Source: Magnetococcales bacterium (GTDB lineage Bacteria > Pseudomonadota > Magnetococcia > Magnetococcales > UBA8363). Taken from it: a stretch of 64,000 nt of DNA. Made by a program: the position numbers and the translations under genes. This document shows, piece by piece, positions 1-8,699 of the stretch. Numbering within the stretch: the stretch's first letter is position 1; each line of letters begins with the position of its first letter. The stretch lies in the NCBI GenBank assembly GCA_015660855.1, contig JACSDG010000028.1:8685-72684 (forward strand). The letters run 5' to 3'. The notes under the pieces were generated by a model. That model did no database searches, was not told where the DNA came from, and saw nothing but the letters and a program-made list of their open reading frames with translations.

Positions 1-128
1 TCCGCCACCAACGCCGAACAGCCACTCAGGACCGCCAAAACGCTCTTGAAAACCACCATGAACACATTCATGGAAAAGGCGTACCACACCACCTGATACC
101 TGCATTCCGGACAATGGGGGAATTTCAT
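1..128 (-). CDS. mamB: MamB (magnetosome CDF-family iron transporter), first 42 codons only; the gene runs off the left edge
   Basis: Minus-strand ATG at 128..126 overlaps the mamQ stop (ATGA). Translation MKFPHCPECRYQVVWYAFSMNVFMVVFKSVLAVLSGCSALVA fits the MamB N-terminal pattern (MKF..C..C..VVW.AF...FK..L...SG..ALVAD). It sits directly after mamQ. Confidence 0.75.
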   Translation of the reverse strand, partial: MKFPHCPECRYQVVWYAFSMNVFMVVFKSVLAVLSGCSALVA

Positions 129-1048
129 GGAACCACTCCTTTGTCAAAGGCTGTTCCCCCGACCGTTCCAGAAACTTTTTCTGTCCCCGCCTCCGTTTTT
201 TGACCTCCGGCGGCCAGGGGTAGAAGACGTTGGAAAAGCGAAGAAGACAGGTTGGGCAACATCAGTCTGTCCACGTCAGACAGAGACTCAATGGCAAAAT
301 AGTCGTGACGCTTAAAACCGGTAATATTGGCCAGAACGTACCAGGGAAACGAAGTAATCAGGGTATTGAACACTCGGACATCCTCGTTGTAGGCATCTCT
401 CCGACTGATGATTCGGTCCTCGATCTCCACCAGTTTATCCATCAACTTCTGGTAGGTCGTAGAGGATTTAATTTCGGGATATTGTTCCACCACCGCCATG
501 AGCCTGGACAGGGATGCCACCCCTTCCATCCCCACCATGGCCTCGGCTAGGCCCGCACCCCCGACTCCAGAAGCACTCGCCTCGCCCCCCCCTTCCCGGC
601 TCACCTGGGCCCCAACCGGTGCCACAGCCTTATCGCCAGCCTGCTCCTGGCCTGTCATCGTCGCCCGAACATCGGCAACGTGCCGAAACACTTCCTGTTC
701 CAGTGCCGCCTGGTTGAGAGTCAGGTTGATCAGGTTGGTAAAAAGATTGGCCCGACGCTGCATGGTGTCTTCAACATGACCTTTGGCTGAAATAATTTTT
801 TCTTCGAGGGTGATGAAAATATTAAAATTGTACAGCGTTGTTACACCGAAAACAATGATGGAGGCAAAGGACAAAAACAGAACCAATCCTTTGATCTTGA
901 TGACAGAGATTCCCAGTCCCTTGTTTTCCACCTCTTGCCTGTGAAGCTGGCTCAGAAGCCGCTTCATACGGCGCATGCGCTCGGAATGGCTCGATTCCGG
1001 TCCCAGCCCGTCCAACTGTTCAAATGCGTTTTGCGGATGCTCGGCCAC
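125..1048 (-). CDS. mamQ: MamQ (LemA-family magnetosome membrane protein)
   Basis: N-terminal TM helix followed by a LemA core (TMQRRANLFTNLINLT; VEQYPEIKSSTTYQKLMDKLVEIEDRIISRRDAYNEDVRVFNT; FPWYVLA). Immediately upstream of mamB. The track start at 1048 is GTG; in-frame ATG alternatives lie at 976 and 967. Confidence 0.85.
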   Translation of the reverse strand: MAEHPQNAFEQLDGLGPESSHSERMRRMKRLLSQLHRQEVENKGLGISVIKIKGLVLFLSFASIIVFGVTTLYNFNIFITLEEKIISAKGHVEDTMQRRANLFTNLINLTLNQAALEQEVFRHVADVRATMTGQEQAGDKAVAPVGAQVSREGGGEASASGVGGAGLAEAMVGMEGVASLSRLMAVVEQYPEIKSSTTYQKLMDKLVEIEDRIISRRDAYNEDVRVFNTLITSFPWYVLANITGFKRHDYFAIESLSDVDRLMLPNLSSSLFQRLLPLAAGGQKTEAGTEKVSGTVGGTAFDKGVVP

Positions 1049-1132
1049 AGTCCATCATCTTCATGTTAGAGAATCCACCAGCCCTTGAATGCATCGCGGA
1101 CATCCGCTCCAAAGCTCCGCGTACCGCCGCAG

Positions 1133-3943
1133 TCACTCCAGGGAGACAGGATATTTTTCCGCATCATCCCTGGCTTCGGCCACTTTCAAATGATGCACCG
1201 CTTCCTTGACCTGCCCCACCGATTGCAGAGAAAAACCCAAGGCACGCCGATACGCCCTGCGCCCAGGTTCCAGGACCACCGCTTCCTTGTAGGCTGAAAC
1301 GGCCTCATCCAGACGATCAATGCAACCAAGAACTTCCCCCAATCGAAACCACAAGGCGGCACGTTGCCCCGGCCGATCCGACCCGCGCTCCAACCCTTTG
1401 CGGATCAATCCTTCCGCCCAGACATACCGCCCGGAACCAATATAGGCCACGATCAAGTCGTCGTCCAGCCATGCCCCGCCCGACCCCTCCAGTTCCCGGG
1501 CTTTTTCCAAAAATCCCAATGCACGGTCAAAGGCTTCCTGTTTCAAATAACACCGCCCCATCCCGGCAAGGACAGCCACATTTTTCTCATCTTTATCCAA
1601 AACCTTGCGATAGCAGAATATCGCATCATAAATCATTCCCTGTTGGAAAAAACGGTGGCCCCGTTCGGTATAATAATGGGTTCGGACCGGCCCTCCCAAG
1701 GATACCAACCCCATGTACCTGTGCACCACCACCTCGGACAATCGACCCAACAACTTGAACACGGAATGCAACATAAAACGCCATTCTTCCAACACGGGAA
1801 CCCGGACAGATGGTCTGGAAGTCGCCACACCACGCGCCGGTTCAAGCACGTCCTCCTGCCCAACGCATCCCCTGCATTCAAACTGTTCGGGCAATCGTTC
1901 TTTTCCAGTTAAAACCGTTCTTTCCGGTTCTTCAACGATGTATCCCCCTTCCAACGATTCCCCCGAGACCGTTTCTCCTCCAACCCATTCCCCCTCTGTA
2001 CCGGGATCCCCTTCGACTTCAACACCATCCTCTCCCACCAACAGGGTCTCTGCAACGCGGTCCCCTTCCAGCAATCCTGCAGAAACCTCATCCCCCGCCA
2101 CCGGCACCAATTCGCAATGATTTCCTTCCTCCACATCCACTTCAAGGTCGTCATCCTGCGTCCGGGCATCCGCGAGTTGGGTTTCTTCGGGGTCAACGCG
2201 ATCCTCTTCCACCCGTTCTTCGACAACGCCCTCCCCTTCCACCAACTCTGCAAAAACCTCGTCCCCCGCCACCGGCTCCAATTCGTAATGATTTCCTTCC
2301 TCCACATCCACATCAAGGTCGTCATTCTGCGTCCGGGCATCCGCAAGTTGGGTTTCTATGGGGTCAACCTCATCCCAATTTTCACCGGCCCGATGAACAC
2401 CTTCCCAGGGATCTTCCTTCGCCGTGGACAGTTTCCAGGGAAACGGCAACGGCGGATCTGAACTCGCCGCACCGGGTACCAAACCCGGACCATCCACAAC
2501 ATCCTCGTCCATCATAGCTTGGCGATGGAGCCTGAAATCGTTCAAAAGGCGCGCCAGGGATTCTCTATGCTCAACCTCTGGGAGTTGAATCGCCAAACTC
2601 TCCGTCGACGCAGTATCCGCCATTTCCCGCAGCGCGGCTCCAACACCATCTCCCCCCGAGACCCCCTCTACTTGCAACGCCGCCGGGACTTCATCCCCTG
2701 TGTTGCTGACATCTTCACCGCCGTCCCCGACAATTTCCACCCCGGAAGGCCGTTCCGTCCACGCCCATTCCCCCGACGTCGGTCCCTGACGCACCGCCAA
2801 CCCCTGCAAAAAATGCCGGGCCGACTCCCCCACAGAAGTCGCCACAGGATTAAAACCTGTCGCCAAACCATTCACCCCCTGGCTTTTTTTTTCCGTCGCC
2901 TCGCCCTTCCGGCCACCACCACCCCGAAAGATTTCCACAGCTTCCATGTCATCCATGGAAGCGACGAACACCCCCTCCCCCACGCGAGTGGACGTTTTTT
3001 GCCCAATATTTCGATTTTTCCCAAAAGACTCCAGCAAACGGACCACATCCTGCCGATCCGGGGAAGAACTCCTGACAGCCAACGGCTGACTTTCCGCAAG
3101 CACGGATCGCCGCCCCTCCTCCCCATCATCGTGGACCAAAAGCCCGGTATCCCCCCCTGACAAAGAGTCGGAAACGGCACCCGGGATCATCCCTGAGAAA
3201 GACAGCGGGGCCTTTGATTGGCCCGATCCTTCACCCCCACCGTTTCGATCCGTTGAACCAACAGGAAATCGAGATGGCACCCTACCCTCCAACTCTTCCT
3301 CCTCCGAAAGGAAATCGGTCCCCTTGGCCCTTCCGCGCTGACGTGCCATGGCACTGAAAAGTTCCAACGGAGTCGGCTCGGCATGAAGATCCCGACGCCG
3401 GACAGGCAGTTCCAATGAATACACATCTTCATTGTCCGCACTCGCCCCCCCCCGTTCCTTTCCCCATCCCGAAACAGAAACCTCCGACGCCCCCACCTCC
3501 CGCACCGGATTGGCATGACCCCGGACAGGTCCAACGGCAAGGACAGGGGGTAATGCCCTAGATGCCAAAGGCAATTTCAATGACGCTTCTTCTTCATTCT
3601 CCGGGAGTGCCTCCGCCACCATCAACGATTGTGACGCCTCCTTGAGCCACTCTCCACGCAACTCCAAGCCTTCACCTTCACGGTCGGACTGGAAAAAATC
3701 TGCCTCTTTCTCCTTGATTGCCCATTCGGTCGAATCTTTTTCCCCCTCTGGCACCTCGGATACGAAACCATCCTCTTCGGTCAGGTCATCCCCGAAACCT
3801 TCCCCTCCGCTGCTTTCGCCCCTTGCAACAGCCTCGGCAAAAGACTGGCGTTTCATCATGGCACCACGAATCATGGAATCCATGCGGTCCATGCGGGCCT
3901 GCCAAAGACTTTCTTCCACATCGGAGTTCAAAGGTTGATCCAT
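1133..3943 (-). CDS. 936-aa acidic low-complexity protein with a C-terminal MamA-like TPR module (giant MamA paralogue)
   Basis: ATG start, long uninterrupted ORF in operon orientation. The C-terminal ~230 aa align with the MamA of this window. Compare FMLHSVFKLLGR...THYYTERGHRFFQQGMIYDAIFCYRKVLDKDEKNVAVLAGMGRCYLKQEAFDRALGFLEKARELEG with FFLHAALHVVKR...LHYYQERGIEYTRRGRYDAAATMLEKVLVEWPADEDTLFHLGFCYLKMDRTQEGIELLERAEALG. The N-terminal ~700 aa are E/D/G-rich and contain a 57-aa tandem repeat. Confidence 0.8.
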   Translation of the reverse strand: MDQPLNSDVEESLWQARMDRMDSMIRGAMMKRQSFAEAVARGESSGGEGFGDDLTEEDGFVSEVPEGEKDSTEWAIKEKEADFFQSDREGEGLELRGEWLKEASQSLMVAEALPENEEEASLKLPLASRALPPVLAVGPVRGHANPVREVGASEVSVSGWGKERGGASADNEDVYSLELPVRRRDLHAEPTPLELFSAMARQRGRAKGTDFLSEEEELEGRVPSRFPVGSTDRNGGGEGSGQSKAPLSFSGMIPGAVSDSLSGGDTGLLVHDDGEEGRRSVLAESQPLAVRSSSPDRQDVVRLLESFGKNRNIGQKTSTRVGEGVFVASMDDMEAVEIFRGGGGRKGEATEKKSQGVNGLATGFNPVATSVGESARHFLQGLAVRQGPTSGEWAWTERPSGVEIVGDGGEDVSNTGDEVPAALQVEGVSGGDGVGAALREMADTASTESLAIQLPEVEHRESLARLLNDFRLHRQAMMDEDVVDGPGLVPGAASSDPPLPFPWKLSTAKEDPWEGVHRAGENWDEVDPIETQLADARTQNDDLDVDVEEGNHYELEPVAGDEVFAELVEGEGVVEERVEEDRVDPEETQLADARTQDDDLEVDVEEGNHCELVPVAGDEVSAGLLEGDRVAETLLVGEDGVEVEGDPGTEGEWVGGETVSGESLEGGYIVEEPERTVLTGKERLPEQFECRGCVGQEDVLEPARGVATSRPSVRVPVLEEWRFMLHSVFKLLGRLSEVVVHRYMGLVSLGGPVRTHYYTERGHRFFQQGMIYDAIFCYRKVLDKDEKNVAVLAGMGRCYLKQEAFDRALGFLEKARELEGSGGAWLDDDLIVAYIGSGRYVWAEGLIRKGLERGSDRPGQRAALWFRLGEVLGCIDRLDEAVSAYKEAVVLEPGRRAYRRALGFSLQSVGQVKEAVHHLKVAEARDDAEKYPVSLE
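2055..2368 (-). repeat. 171-bp (57-codon) tandem duplication inside the giant MamA-like gene
   Basis: GTCAAC landmarks at 2192..2197 and 2363..2368 are exactly 171 bp apart. The encoded units are VDPIETQLADARTQNDDLDVDVEEGNHYELEPVAGDEVFAELVEGE and VDPEETQLADARTQDDDLEVDVEEGNHCELVPVAGDEVSAGLLEGD. Confidence 0.9.
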
Positions 3944-3994
3944 AAGGTCGCGGGTGGCATAAAGACTGGTGAATTTCGGAACATTATTCCCTTA

Positions 3995-4035
3995 GGGCGA
4001 AAACCAAAACATTGGGTGCTCTCGCCCCCAAGCCC
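3995..4035 (+). repeat. Nested-hairpin intergenic repeat (NH-REP), partial copy
   Basis: gggcgaaaaccaaaacattgggtgctctcgcccccaagccc matches the H1-linker-H2 part of the full copies at 5113, 8582 and 32047. Confidence 0.7.
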
Positions 4036-4171
4036 TCACTGCGATGAAGCTTTTTGTCCAAATTAAACTTTGGTATATCTGCGAAAAAATCTCCTTAATG
4101 CCAACGGTAAACCGCGAAAAATATGTAAAAACTTCGCTCTGTTGGGAAATTCAGGTTGGTAGAAATGGGGA

Positions 4172-5110
4172 CTATAGTTTCACGGCCCACGTAGTTATAA
4201 TGTCATGCAAATTTTTACGAATCCGTATCTTTCCCAGCCTGGAATGTTCAACCAACTTGAAACAATGATAAAACAATCCACGCTGCTTTCCCTCCGACAA
4301 ACGGAAAAATATTGTCTTTAGAAACAAGATATGGGAAATATATTTGTGGGAAAGCACAGAAAAACCACTTTCAACCAATGCGAAGTCAAGAGTTTTTTTA
4401 TTGAAGTAGGAAAGATGAACCGGCGGTACAATTGCATAATATTTCGAGCCGGTTATGCGAGCGTACAGGCATGAAATATTGTGAACTTTGACGACGATCA
4501 GCCCTCCAGGCTTCAGGAGGTCACGGCATTTTCTTAAGCTTGCCAAAGGGGCAGGCATGTGATCAAGCACATCCTGCAAGGTAATGACATCGAAAGTTTC
4601 ATTGGAAAAACCGGCATCTTCCAAATTTCCGTTAAAAACACGATCACCATACTTTATTTGTGCTTTTTGGGCAGCAACGGGTTCGAGTTCCACGCCATGG
4701 CATTGCCAACCGTGCATTACGTCCAGAAACTGTCCTTCGGAACATCCAACATCCAATAACTGTCCACCCGGTTTCATAGCCTGAATGATATCTCTCAATG
4801 ATTCATAATAATAGTTAAGATTTACCCGATTTTCCACCTCACCATAAACTTGGTCAGTCCCCTGTTGTTTGTAATACGTGGCCAACGCATCAGGAGACCA
4901 ATGTTCCCAGACAAACACGAACGAACAGGTTCGACATTGGACGATATGGTGGTCGTTGACCTTGAATTTTTTTTTTATATTCGTTGCACCACACAGATAA
5001 CAAGCTGGATGTAGAGAATGTTTTTGCGGCACAGGCTGCATAACAAATACGTCCCCTCGTATTGAGCACTTGGTTGGGCCAATCTGACCCTGATCTTGGT
5101 TCATGAACAT
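4172..5110 (-). CDS. Class I SAM-dependent methyltransferase with an N-terminal Zn-ribbon
   Basis: CYLCG...CRTCSF Cys4 ribbon, then SAM motif I LLDVGCSEGQFLD and the post-I acidic residue (HGVELEP). The start is moved to ATG 5110 (MFMNQDQ) because the 43 upstream codons of the track ORF (to 5239) are the translated NH-REP copy at 5113..5225. The gene is AT-rich. Confidence 0.7.
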   Translation of the reverse strand: MFMNQDQGQIGPTKCSIRGDVFVMQPVPQKHSLHPACYLCGATNIKKKFKVNDHHIVQCRTCSFVFVWEHWSPDALATYYKQQGTDQVYGEVENRVNLNYYYESLRDIIQAMKPGGQLLDVGCSEGQFLDVMHGWQCHGVELEPVAAQKAQIKYGDRVFNGNLEDAGFSNETFDVITLQDVLDHMPAPLASLRKCRDLLKPGGLIVVKVHNISCLYARITGSKYYAIVPPVHLSYFNKKTLDFALVESGFSVLSHKYISHILFLKTIFFRLSEGKQRGLFYHCFKLVEHSRLGKIRIRKNLHDIITTWAVKL

Positions 5111-5112
5111 GG

Positions 5113-5225
5113 TGCCCTGCGGGCAAAAACCAAAACCTTGGGGGCTCTGCCTCCAAACCTCCGCCGTGGGGGATGATCCCCCCGGACCTTCGCAATAATT
5201 CTGCCAAACTTTATTTTCCGATACA
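5113..5225 (+). repeat. NH-REP, full copy (H1 TGCCCtgcGGGCA, H2 TTGGGGGCtctGCCTCCAA, H3 GGGGGATGATCCCCC, A/T-rich tail)
   Basis: Near-identical to 8582..8698 and 32047..32161. Three consecutive short palindromes followed by gcaataattctgccaaactttattttccgata. Confidence 0.9.
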
Positions 5226-5305
5226 CGTAGCCTATGCAAGTGAATTCAAAAGGTTAAACATGACAAAGTAGAACGAGTCTCTCCACACTCCGATTGTCCT
5301 GTATT

Positions 5306-7804
5306 TCACCACCCACGTCTACTGAAATCTTTCAAATTTGGCCCCAAATGCTCCCCAAATTTTGACGGATGGCCCCATCGGAAGGAACAGCGGATGCTTT
5401 GTGTATAATGATGTAGTAGAAGAAGAATAACGCACGCCAGAGAAAACAGAGAAATCCACAAACCGATCCTAAAATAAAGTGGTTGGTAGTGAAATCTGAC
5501 GGAATGTTTCCCGGAGGGCAGGGAAATGGCGCGGAAATAGGCGTATGCCTGATAGATTGGGACAGGTATGCCATCCACGTAGGCGGTCCATCCCGGATCA
5601 TAAAGGTCGGAAAGAATAAGGATACGATTGTTGGTGTTTTGTGTTTTTATGAGAACCTCCCTAGGTGCGTAGGATTCTATGATGACCTTGTCCTTGGAGG
5701 TTTCAGGACCCAATTTCTCGGTCGAAGGGGTTTCCAGAAGGTAGACCGTTTTTTCCGGGACGAAATGTTCGCCTTTCATGACTGCAACAATGTCGGATTC
5801 GGAACCCAACTGCTGAAAACTCCCCACGGTGAAGGCCCGTGGGAGAACTTGGGGATTTTGATAAACCTTGAACTTGCCATCATGCACCATAGGGAACCGA
5901 TTCTGGTTCAACTCATTGGAATGAGTCAACAAATATTTCACATTGCCAAGACTGAGGAAACCGGGGTTTGCTGGTTGGTCCATCAGGGTGACCCGATTAT
6001 TCAATGCAGGTGGAAACTCGTACACTCCCGCTGTAGAATACCATCTAAAGTAGACATTTGTTACGTCTGGCATGATCCAAGGCATTCCGTCTATGGGCAC
6101 TATCGAGAAACGATCTGACAATAAATTTTCCTTTAAAAACTTGAAGGTTTCATCTTCTGGGGTGAAATTGTGCTCCTTCAAATCAATGACCGGAGCATAG
6201 GAATGGAAGAAAGTTCCCAGATCAAGGCATGTCAGTAAAACAATCCCGATACCGATGATTTTTACCGGAATTATTTTACGGTAATGCAAGAAAAGAATGA
6301 GGCCAAAAAAGAACACAATAAATATAGTTATTAATAGTTTCAGATTATCAAAATTGAAATAAGACAACGTGTTTGCGATCCTGAGCATGTTATAATCAGA
6401 CATGGGAAAAAGGCTTCCGCCTGTCGAGGCTTCGGCGTAGTGGGTGGCTATGGAAATGATTTCTGATCTATTCAAGTTGATAACGACGAAAATAGTGATC
6501 CAGGCTGTGACCAGCAAGAAACCGAGTTTAAACATCCACCGTGCAAATTTCAGGACGAACCCTTTGTTTTGAGGTTGCAGGAGGTAGTCTAGACCAGCCC
6601 CCCCCAGGAAGGCGATACAAAGTGTAAAAAACACGAGAAACCTTGCGTAGAGATACATCACAATTGGCGTCAAAAAAACTGTAAAAATTATTATGAATCC
6701 TGTATTTTTAAAATAATTAAACTTAGAGTTACTTGTCAGAGTGCCTGAACTTACCATAGCCAGAAGTAAAGGTATGAGTCCGGAATACCCAAAGACAAAG
6801 TCAGACCATTTACCACCAACGAGTGAAACTGGATTCAAGATACTGTGGTGACCAACAAAATGGGGTATGGCAAGAGACACCAGGAATGGAATTCGCAAAA
6901 TAGACTCAGGGAAATGATTAAGCCAGTTTGGGAAATCGAAAGAAACATGATTCGTAGTTCCTCGTATAAGAAGTTCAAAGAAAGTTATAAAACCTACAGC
7001 AGACAGTAATATACTTATTGTATAGGCACCAGAAAGATTGACAAAGATAACCCGTAATAATCTCCGGTCGCTTTTGTTTGAAAATAAGGTTCTTGAGAAC
7101 ATCCATAGAGTGAGGAAGAATCCGATCTGTAGTATGTTTTGGGCATTGCCAGCCAAGTGAGAAAAAGCCAGAAACAAACCTGTTGCTGCGATGTTGACAA
7201 CTCGGGATTTTTCGTGCAGGCTTTTTTCGAGGTAAAGGATGATGAATGGAACCCATAGAATTGAGCCTAAGGCCCAATAAAAAGAGTGCAGAGCGAAAAA
7301 TGAACCGTTGAACATAAAGGCGATACCACCAAGCGTTGCTCCCATGGAGGAAATTCCGAAATATCTCATGAGAATGAACATACCTATACCCGCTGTCCAT
7401 AGTTCAACTGCAGCGATGACAACATCCATATACATATCGGCTGAGAGAAGATAAAAAACGTAAAATACATCAAGAAAAACGGGAATTGCGAACGAAATAT
7501 TTGGTGTCCCGAAGTTATTGTATGGATTCCAGATGGGAAGTTCAAAATTGGAGATGCTTTCGGCAATAAAACGCTGCCATGGAAACATTTGCCGAACAAG
7601 ATCCCAACTATAATGATATTGGACAGGCACAAACTGGCCATCACCCCAGGGGAGTGACCATTTCAGCAAGTCAAACGGGACGTAGGTTTTTCCAAAGAAG
7701 AGATAAGGGGATAAAAATAAAATAATGATCAGTGCAAAAAAGATTCCCGAGGCAAAAAAAAACTGTTTGACCTGTTCATAAGTTCGACCTTGTCGCGATA
7801 CCAA
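5306..7804 (-). CDS. YfhO-family polytopic membrane protein (GT-C type glycosyltransferase-like)
   Basis: 832 aa with many TM segments. N-terminal loop motif SWDLVRQMFPWQRFIAESISNFELPIWNPYNNFGTP. C-terminal extracytoplasmic block PGWTAYVDGIPVPIYQAYAYFRAISLPSGKHSVRFHYQP followed by a terminal TM helix, as in YfhO family members. The only start available is TTG 7804, with no clear SD. Very AT-rich. Confidence 0.72.
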   Translation of the reverse strand: MVSRQGRTYEQVKQFFFASGIFFALIIILFLSPYLFFGKTYVPFDLLKWSLPWGDGQFVPVQYHYSWDLVRQMFPWQRFIAESISNFELPIWNPYNNFGTPNISFAIPVFLDVFYVFYLLSADMYMDVVIAAVELWTAGIGMFILMRYFGISSMGATLGGIAFMFNGSFFALHSFYWALGSILWVPFIILYLEKSLHEKSRVVNIAATGLFLAFSHLAGNAQNILQIGFFLTLWMFSRTLFSNKSDRRLLRVIFVNLSGAYTISILLSAVGFITFFELLIRGTTNHVSFDFPNWLNHFPESILRIPFLVSLAIPHFVGHHSILNPVSLVGGKWSDFVFGYSGLIPLLLAMVSSGTLTSNSKFNYFKNTGFIIIFTVFLTPIVMYLYARFLVFFTLCIAFLGGAGLDYLLQPQNKGFVLKFARWMFKLGFLLVTAWITIFVVINLNRSEIISIATHYAEASTGGSLFPMSDYNMLRIANTLSYFNFDNLKLLITIFIVFFFGLILFLHYRKIIPVKIIGIGIVLLTCLDLGTFFHSYAPVIDLKEHNFTPEDETFKFLKENLLSDRFSIVPIDGMPWIMPDVTNVYFRWYSTAGVYEFPPALNNRVTLMDQPANPGFLSLGNVKYLLTHSNELNQNRFPMVHDGKFKVYQNPQVLPRAFTVGSFQQLGSESDIVAVMKGEHFVPEKTVYLLETPSTEKLGPETSKDKVIIESYAPREVLIKTQNTNNRILILSDLYDPGWTAYVDGIPVPIYQAYAYFRAISLPSGKHSVRFHYQPLYFRIGLWISLFSLACVILLLLHHYTQSIRCSFRWGHPSKFGEHLGPNLKDFSRRGW

Positions 7805-7818
7805 AAAATATTGGACTT

Positions 7819-8547
7819 TTAGGCTTTATTAAACACTCTAATCTTGAAAATTTTCCACAAAGAATAAATGACGGGTAAAACATTTTTTAACTTAAGGATG
7901 GCACTTTCTTCCCGCCCCCGCGCCTCGCTTGAATGCTCTCGCACCGGAATATGGACGTGTACATAGCTCAAACCCCTGCGGAGTAAGTGGCAGAGAACCT
8001 CGCATTGAAATGCCGGACTAGAATAGTATGCAGGCGCGGTGCATACATGTTTCCGAGGAAATAAAATAATGCCATTGTAATATAAAACTTTATTACTGCT
8101 GATAATATTGACGGTTGCTGTGAACAATCTTGAAATAAATACGCGACTGCGAGATCTTGGGTCCAAGTCACCACTGTGATGGGAAATAACAATATCCTTC
8201 TCGTAACGCCTCTCCAGAATATCGCGAATTCCTTTAGCCATCACCACGTTGTCTCCGGGAACGTAAATGATCCATTGACCTCGCCCCAAGAGAGCCGCAA
8301 GGAGAAAAGAAAAACCAACCCCACGGTTTATTCCGTTCCGCAAAACCATTATGTCGGTATTGCGACGAGTGCGTTTGGTCTTGAGAAGGTTCTCGTAGGT
8401 TCCGTCCGAGGAACCATCGTCAACGGCGACGATCTCGTAAGAAACCAAATCGGTACACGCGGCGCAAATCGTCTCTACTGTATCGGCTGCATGTTTTTCC
8501 TCATTCATACATGGAACAAAAAAAGTTATCTCAGGGCAGGTATCCAC
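7819..8547 (-). CDS. Family 2 glycosyltransferase (polyprenyl-phosphate sugar synthase-like, DPM1/CsbB-like catalytic domain)
   Basis: ITFFVPCMNEEKH...YEIVAVDDGSSDGT...YVPGDNV are GT2 (GT-A fold, DxD-like) signatures. GTG start at 8547 preceded by AGGGA. No obvious C-terminal TM helices. Confidence 0.78.
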   Translation of the reverse strand: MDTCPEITFFVPCMNEEKHAADTVETICAACTDLVSYEIVAVDDGSSDGTYENLLKTKRTRRNTDIMVLRNGINRGVGFSFLLAALLGRGQWIIYVPGDNVVMAKGIRDILERRYEKDIVISHHSGDLDPRSRSRVFISRLFTATVNIISSNKVLYYNGIILFPRKHVCTAPAYYSSPAFQCEVLCHLLRRGLSYVHVHIPVREHSSEARGREESAILKLKNVLPVIYSLWKIFKIRVFNKA

Positions 8548-8581
8548 TCTTTGGTCCCTATGCTAAAAACTCCGGTCACAA

Positions 8582-8698
8582 TGCCCTTCGGGCAAAAATC
8601 AAAACCTTAGAGGCTCCGCCTCCAAACCGCAGCACGGGGAGGATAATCCCCCCCTTAACCCCCGCAATTTTTTTTTCCAAACTTTATTTTTCCGAAAC
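8582..8698 (+). repeat. NH-REP, full copy
   Basis: tgcccttcgggcaaaaatcaaaaccttagaggctccgcctccaaacc...ggataatccccccc...cgcaatttttttttccaaactttatttttccga. It ends 2 nt before the mamA stop codon. Confidence 0.9.
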
Positions 8699-8699
8699 G

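Noticed and set aside
5111-5239. N-terminal 43-codon extension of the methyltransferase ORF. The same applies to the trmD extension at 49891..49989, and to other short ORFs translating PCGQKPKPW/LQTSAGG-type peptides at 8511.., 32046.. and 49615..
   Set aside because: These segments are copies of the NH-REP element. The same peptide-like strings recur in different frames, strands and contexts, so they are not coding. Starts were moved to the first ATG after the repeat.
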